Of a stretch of 64,000 nt of DNA, positions 58,001 through 64,000 are shown in pieces (position 1 is the first letter of the stretch; each line of letters opens with the position of its first letter). The DNA comes from Eledone cirrhosa (Eukaryota), in NCBI GenBank assembly GCA_964016885.1, contig OZ024740.1, forward strand, positions 191,766,001-191,830,000. The letters are read 5' to 3'. The notes beneath the pieces are model-generated. The model searched no databases. It worked only from the letters and a program-made list of their open reading frames with translations, and was not told the DNA's origin. The position numbers and the translations under genes were made by a program.

Positions 58001-59627
58001 GAACGATGAACATATTAGATGATTTGATTTGGGCGTTGCAATAATGAAACGAGTAGAGTATATACATATTTTAACTAATAGGTTGCAACTTTTTTTTTGT
58101 TTTACAAAATCTTTTTACAAAATTGTTTTTACAAAACTAAAACACACCATTAAGGAAAAGAAAATGAAAAGAAGAAAGGAAAAAATAGAAAAAAATAAAG
58201 CAAGGAAAGAGGCAGAACAGACACTACACCCCAGCTCGAGGGGTGTCTCAGCCATACTCTGCGGCAAAAATGGCCACGGCGTTACGGCAAAGAATGGCCA
58301 GAGACGCACATTACAACAGCTACATCATATCACGTGACATCCTCCTCGGGCGGGCCGCTGTTTTTCCGAATTTACGCCGGAAATGAGCAATGCAGGGACC
58401 AAGGCCGCCAGCAATCTCGACTGCACGAAGAGGAAACGGTCGGTCAGGAACCGGTATTTAAATAGCTACCTCTTCTATGCATTGCAGAATGTATAGCCCA
58501 GGTTTGTGGCCGACGCGACAAGGCTAGGTGGAAAAGAAGGCGCCTCATAGAAAAATTTCGGATAGAATTAAGGCAGTTATTTCAATTACTTCAATAACTT
58601 AATACTATGATGTGACACATTGTCTGGAAAACGGATCTGGTGCTTACGTACGCATATCTATTACTTACATTTGAATTATTCAGTTTCCACAATTATTGCT
58701 ATGATATTCAATTTGAACATAGCTAAAACTACTGATAATCCAAAACTAATAAGTGACTTACCAATTAAATTGAATTAAAATTCATAGTCATGTTCGTAAG
58801 TAACATTGCTCTGATATTTCAATAATCATTCATGACCTGCATTAATTAATACTAACGGAATGGTGCCTTAACATTTTAGGGAAGACTCACCGTTTGCTGC
58901 AGTTTAGGATACTTATTCTAAATATATAAAATATATTACATCACACATACACACAAACAAACAATATATGTTCGGCAATTATAAACGAAGATGTGCTGGT
59001 GCCCATATAATAGCTTACAAAATAAGGAAAAGACTCTTAAAATACGGAAAAGGAAGTTGCGATCGACTAATTACAACTTCTCTTTCCTATCTTATAAGCT
59101 ATTTCATAATTAATCTGCGCATAATCTCACAATCCGTTATAATTATATATCTATATCCTCAGTGATTAAAAGTTCAAGAGATCGGTTACATATATTGTAA
59201 TATATGTTGCACTTTCCATATGGAACCACAACAAATATTGTTTGTGCAAAAAATATATTCCATTGATAGGTTAGTGAAAAATGTAATATTGAAAAACGAC
59301 ATGATGCTACATGAAACAGGTATTGTTTAAAGATACATAATATTATCTAGTTTTAATTCCAATAAAGCTCCTAAATTTAGATGCTTTCCCATGTTTTCTG
59401 GCGTGTAGGGTGAGCATAAAGTCTTTCATTGATTATAAAATACCATATTTCGGATACTATTTGAGATCTGACTTTTTCCTTTTTTTTTTTATTTATAAAT
59501 TTTAAGTTCAGAGTTTTTTTGACATTTTTCACATTTTTTCTTCTACAGGAAATAGAATGTAACAGAATGACATATATGCTACACAAAATTAATAAAGGCT
59601 TTAATCTCACCCTGTACACTAATGAGC

Positions 59628-60001
59628 TAACCTCGCCGGGGTTTTAACTCAGAACGTAAAGGACCGTAGCTCTATGCCATAAATCAACGGGTCCGAGGCT
59701 CTGGCGATACTGCCAATCCACCGCCTTATGAAATGATTTCTACTATAGGCAAAAGGCCAGCATTTTGTGGGGAGGGGAAAGTCGATTATGTCCACGCCAG
59801 AGCGTACTCGAACTTTATTTTATCGACCCCGTAAGAATGAAAGGCAAAGGTAACCGCGGTGGGAATTTACGTCAGAAGGTAAAGCAACGTACCTCTATGC
59901 TGCTAAGTAAGGTGTCCGACGCTTTACTAAAACTGCCAATCCACCGCCCTTATATAATTGCTTCTACTTTTGGCACAAGGCCAGCAATTACGCCAGTGCA
60001 C
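59628..60001 (-). mobile_element. Three adjacent SINE copies or fragments (59628-59727, 59735-59951, 59956-60001)
   Basis: repeated ACTGCCAATCCACCGCC heads and TTCTACT..GGCACAAGGCCAGCA tails. Confidence 0.8.
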
Positions 60002-60328
60002 TTTCTGATGTTTAATGATATGCCGTTCCTTGCGTGCTTTGTGTCGAAATAGTTTAAGTGCCATAATGAATAATCCATCAAAATGCTTCTCTGGTTCACA
60101 TCGCAAATTAGATTACTCATCATATATTAAAATCTTAAATTTTTATTACCACGAGAGAATAATTTTGAGTGAACAGAACATCCACTTTTTATGGATATCC
60201 CACTATTTCAAAGAGGTTTTGCAAGCTGTATTTGACTATATATACATACATTGTATACATTACCGTCATCATCATAATCATTATTTTCTTCTTCGCCAGC
60301 TTACTCCTGAGAGAATTATGGGCCAGAG

Positions 60329-60388
<60 letters not shown>

Positions 60389-60849
60389 TGTGTGCGTTTA
60401 TGTGTTTGTGTGTATGTTGTGTGTGTGTGTGTGCGTGTGTAGATAGATGGATAGATATCAATTATTACTCGAGGAAGTTTCAATTTGAACATTTATATTT
60501 GTCACCTCTCGTTACGTACATGTGGCTGATAATTGGCTCAAAGGCCAGATGCATATGATTAACGTGACACCAATTATCTGTTCATCAGACCTGCTGATTC
60601 TGGTGAAAACAATACACCTGTCTTGGCATAACTCCTTTGATAGATATATATGTACACATGCAGGCATTTACTGTTTACATCTTTTCCCACACATTTTGCG
60701 TCAATATGTATATATGTGTGTATACCTGGACTTTCTGCTCGTGCCTGCGTGTACATGTACTTGTGTCTGAGTATATTTGAGCTCGTGTGTATGTGCACGT
60801 GAGTGTGTACACTTGTATGTGTGTCTATGTGTGAGTATTGCCTGAGAAA

Positions 60850-62410
60850 TAATCAATTAGAGCTTCTGTCTGGCGTTGTCAGCGTTGGCGGTGACTCCTT
60901 TACTTTCAATTTGTGCTAGTTGACATCAGCCAGTTATATCAAGTGAAACAACGCCGACAACAACAACAAAAACGAGATCTGGACAGGTCTGTTAGTCAGC
61001 TGCCAAAGCTACACCATCGCGAATGAGAAAAACAGCACAATCACCATCAGCCCCTTACCAGCCGTACCGCAGCAATGGCAACGTGCTTGCCAGTACAGAC
61101 AACACGTCTCTCTTTGGCAACATGGTATGTTTAGTAAATGTTTTACCATCAACAGGCAGAAGAGAATCCAGTTATGTTCAGAATGTGAATGTTTACCTCA
61201 TATTTCTTACTTCCGCTTTATAGGACGAATTTCAAAGACTTCCCCAACGCGGAAATACATGCAGCTGCTTTTCCACTTCATCTGTCGCAATCCACTACAC
61301 TCTCAGAAGAGACAGTGTGCCTGTCCACTATCTTATCCCCTATGGTCCAAGAAAGCTTCGGTAGATTCCTCTTAGGATCCCGATAGGAGACATGTTGCAG
61401 TCGATCGAGGTTCTTGTGTTTTATTTGATAGCACCAAAATCAAATTGTTCCAGTTATTTGGACCTACTCCTCTATTGCGCCCCTCTCGGCTTCAGTTTCA
61501 ATAACGCTGCTCTCGAATGCCAACATTAACTACGCCTATATTCAAGGCTAACATTTCGAACTTTGGTGATACTACACACCCCTCAATTGGGTATCCACTG
61601 TTCCCCTACAAACCTTCGATGCCAGAATAATGAATTTTCGCAATCGGGACAACGCCGAACCCATCGAGGGTGATGCTTCCGTCGAAATCAAAGTAATCAT
61701 CTCTGACGACACCGACCTATATTACCCCTATGACGTATCTAACCCTTTCCTACTCAAACATCCTGAGCCACGTCCAGATCTCAGACCCATCAACCCATCC
61801 TTAGCCACTATAGAAGTCATCTTAGTAACATATCATCTCTGCCTTGAGGTATTCCCATTCCCACAGCAACGGAGATGCTGACGGTCTCTAAACATGTAAC
61901 CCCGATGTTTTTGTTTGTCACCCATTAACACCGAAGACAGTCGCTGCCTGCTGAATGCAAGAGCAGCTCTCATTACCCGACATATCATGGCACCCAGGAC
62001 CATTATTCCAGAAGCATAATCCTTTCGACCCACATAAAGACCTCAGGAAAAAAGACAATTGCATACGCCACATTGTCTTAGGCATTGTAATCCGTAGCAT
62101 CGCAGCCAAGGTTGTCCGCAAAGCACTTGCCCCTGAATTAAGCGAGGATCACAGTAGGATGAAGCTGGACCCCTTAGTGGCGATTGTATATGACGGACCC
62201 GTCTAAGCCACTAGACAATTTTCCGATGAATTCTCGTGAACAGGAAACGAATGTTTCTAAGCCCCTCAAATTACTGCCTCATGAGAAATAACTTCATCTG
62301 TCAACACCGTGACAGCTAGATTGAGAGTTTCAGTCAACCTCTACTGCCCTACCTTTCCTACAGATCTCCAAGCATCCTCCTCGCTGTGGTTAAGGCCATA
62401 GCATCTTCAA
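60850..62410 (-). mobile_element. Highly decayed LINE (endonuclease region)
   Basis: GC-richer tract with a DYNA (GDFNA-like) piece followed by NNG on the minus strand; no long frame. Confidence 0.4.
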
Positions 62411-64000
62411 TACATTTAAAACTATGACAAAATTCTTATTTATATCAAAATAATTCTACTTAAGTTACGTCCATTGATTTTGCAATCATTGTACGATCCA
62501 TTGGTGTATTTTATAACATCACAAACATAATAATGTTTGAAAGTTGAAATAACCTTTTATTAGAAATTAGACTGAACCGAGATTATCCAATTATTTAACA
62601 ACATTTGAATGCTAAAAATATCATAATTTATTCGTATAGCTTCAGGATTTATACTTTATTTTACCTTTGAGAGCTGCAATATGAATTGAATTTTGTATCA
62701 CGTTCAGTGGTTTTACTTGTAGCCTATCTTTCCTGTGCGAAATTTTCTTTATCAGAACCTATAATTATTTTATATGCGTGACAGTGAGTTTTAGCCTTAC
62801 ATCTAATGCTGCATAATCTCTGGGTTAAAATGAAGACTAATACTAAACAAAGTTAATGTTTTTATTATGTGTGTAATCACATAACACAATTTAACTTTCT
62901 CACTTATTTTCTGTAGCTCTGTCGAAGTTGTTTTGCTGTTGAAAAAGATTCTCTACGTGAATCATGTAGTCTATTATGTCCAGACATTAATTTCAATGAA
63001 CAATTGAGTTAACGCCGAGGAAATCAAATGATAGCTTACACAATTAAGCATGAAAACCCCTTGCGTTTAGACACGATTATGTATCGTCATTTCCAAATGC
63101 AAGTATAGATTATGGAGTAGTAGAAATATATATTGTTATAGCTCAGAAATTATTAAAATAAATTAAATATCGGTTATAGAATGTCACATAGCTATCGTCG
63201 AAATTTTAATAAACAATAATAATTGATATGAAATGAGGCATCCATTATTATTCTCACTGGATGAGACACCTATGAACAGAATCATTGCCGTTGATATGAG
63301 TTAGCCCAAGATCAGCAATGATTGATCAGACGTGTAACGAAAAACACTATTCTCTTTGTTTGGCAACAGATTCACCCTAACGTACCCATGTAATAGTCAA
63401 GGGCATTTGTCTTAATTAGACCCTAATTCTCACAGAATTATGTGGTGTTTGAAGGATATTTGCTTAATACGTCAAGTAGAGGGATTGATTGCATAGTAAA
63501 TCCCTCTATAGTCGGTGGCTAACAGTTTATCTTGTTGGATCCCTTGTTTTTCCGAATGAGTCAAAATATGTTTCAAATATTAATAAGTTAGAAAATATAT
63601 TATTTTGATGATTATACTCTCTCTATTGTGCAACTTCATACGGTGTGACAAACATATTGGGAATATCTACCAGTTAACCTTATTACAATACGCTAATCCT
63701 CAAACGACTTTGAACTATTGAATATAAACAGAACATTTGTTTCATATGTTTAATAAGTGAACATCGAAATAATTCACACTCATTTTTACGTATTAGCCTC
63801 ACCTCGACAGATAATATAAATATCTCTATATTTACTTACTTTCTACTTAACTAAACACTAAATACAAGTAAATATAAGTCTGCTATTACATACAGGATCT
63901 AGTATAAAGCTATCTAAGTGGAAATTATTGCAGAGTTCCCCTTGTTGATATAAACCACATTAAAGAAATCTATTCATGAAGATGTATCAATAATTACAAA

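Overview
AT-rich, microsatellite-saturated eukaryotic (animal) non-genic DNA. The tRNA-like SINE and repeat landscape look cephalopod/Octopus-like (inference from recognition, not searched). No intact host protein-coding gene is supportable. Almost all ORFs in the track are translated (TA)n/(CA)n/(CT)n. Real coding remnants are Penelope-like elements (PLE; RT and GIY-YIG), a Helitron PIF1-type helicase fragment and decayed LINE pieces. Main result of reading both strands by eye: about 33 minimal type I hammerhead-ribozyme (HHR) motifs, some intact and some degenerate, from roughly 18 sequence families between 1.5 and 54.5 kb. Most have a palindromic stem III. They sit (i) in PLE 3' terminal repeats, (ii) one per unit in four non-coding tandem arrays of about 420, 468, 535 and 697 bp (retrozyme-like, predicted to yield circular RNAs), and (iii) in head-to-head fold-backs whose outer ends usually run into (TA)n. 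Compensatory stem changes between diverged copies, and a U3-A8 core variant, support real RNA structure. All folds are manual. Coordinates of decayed elements are approximate.
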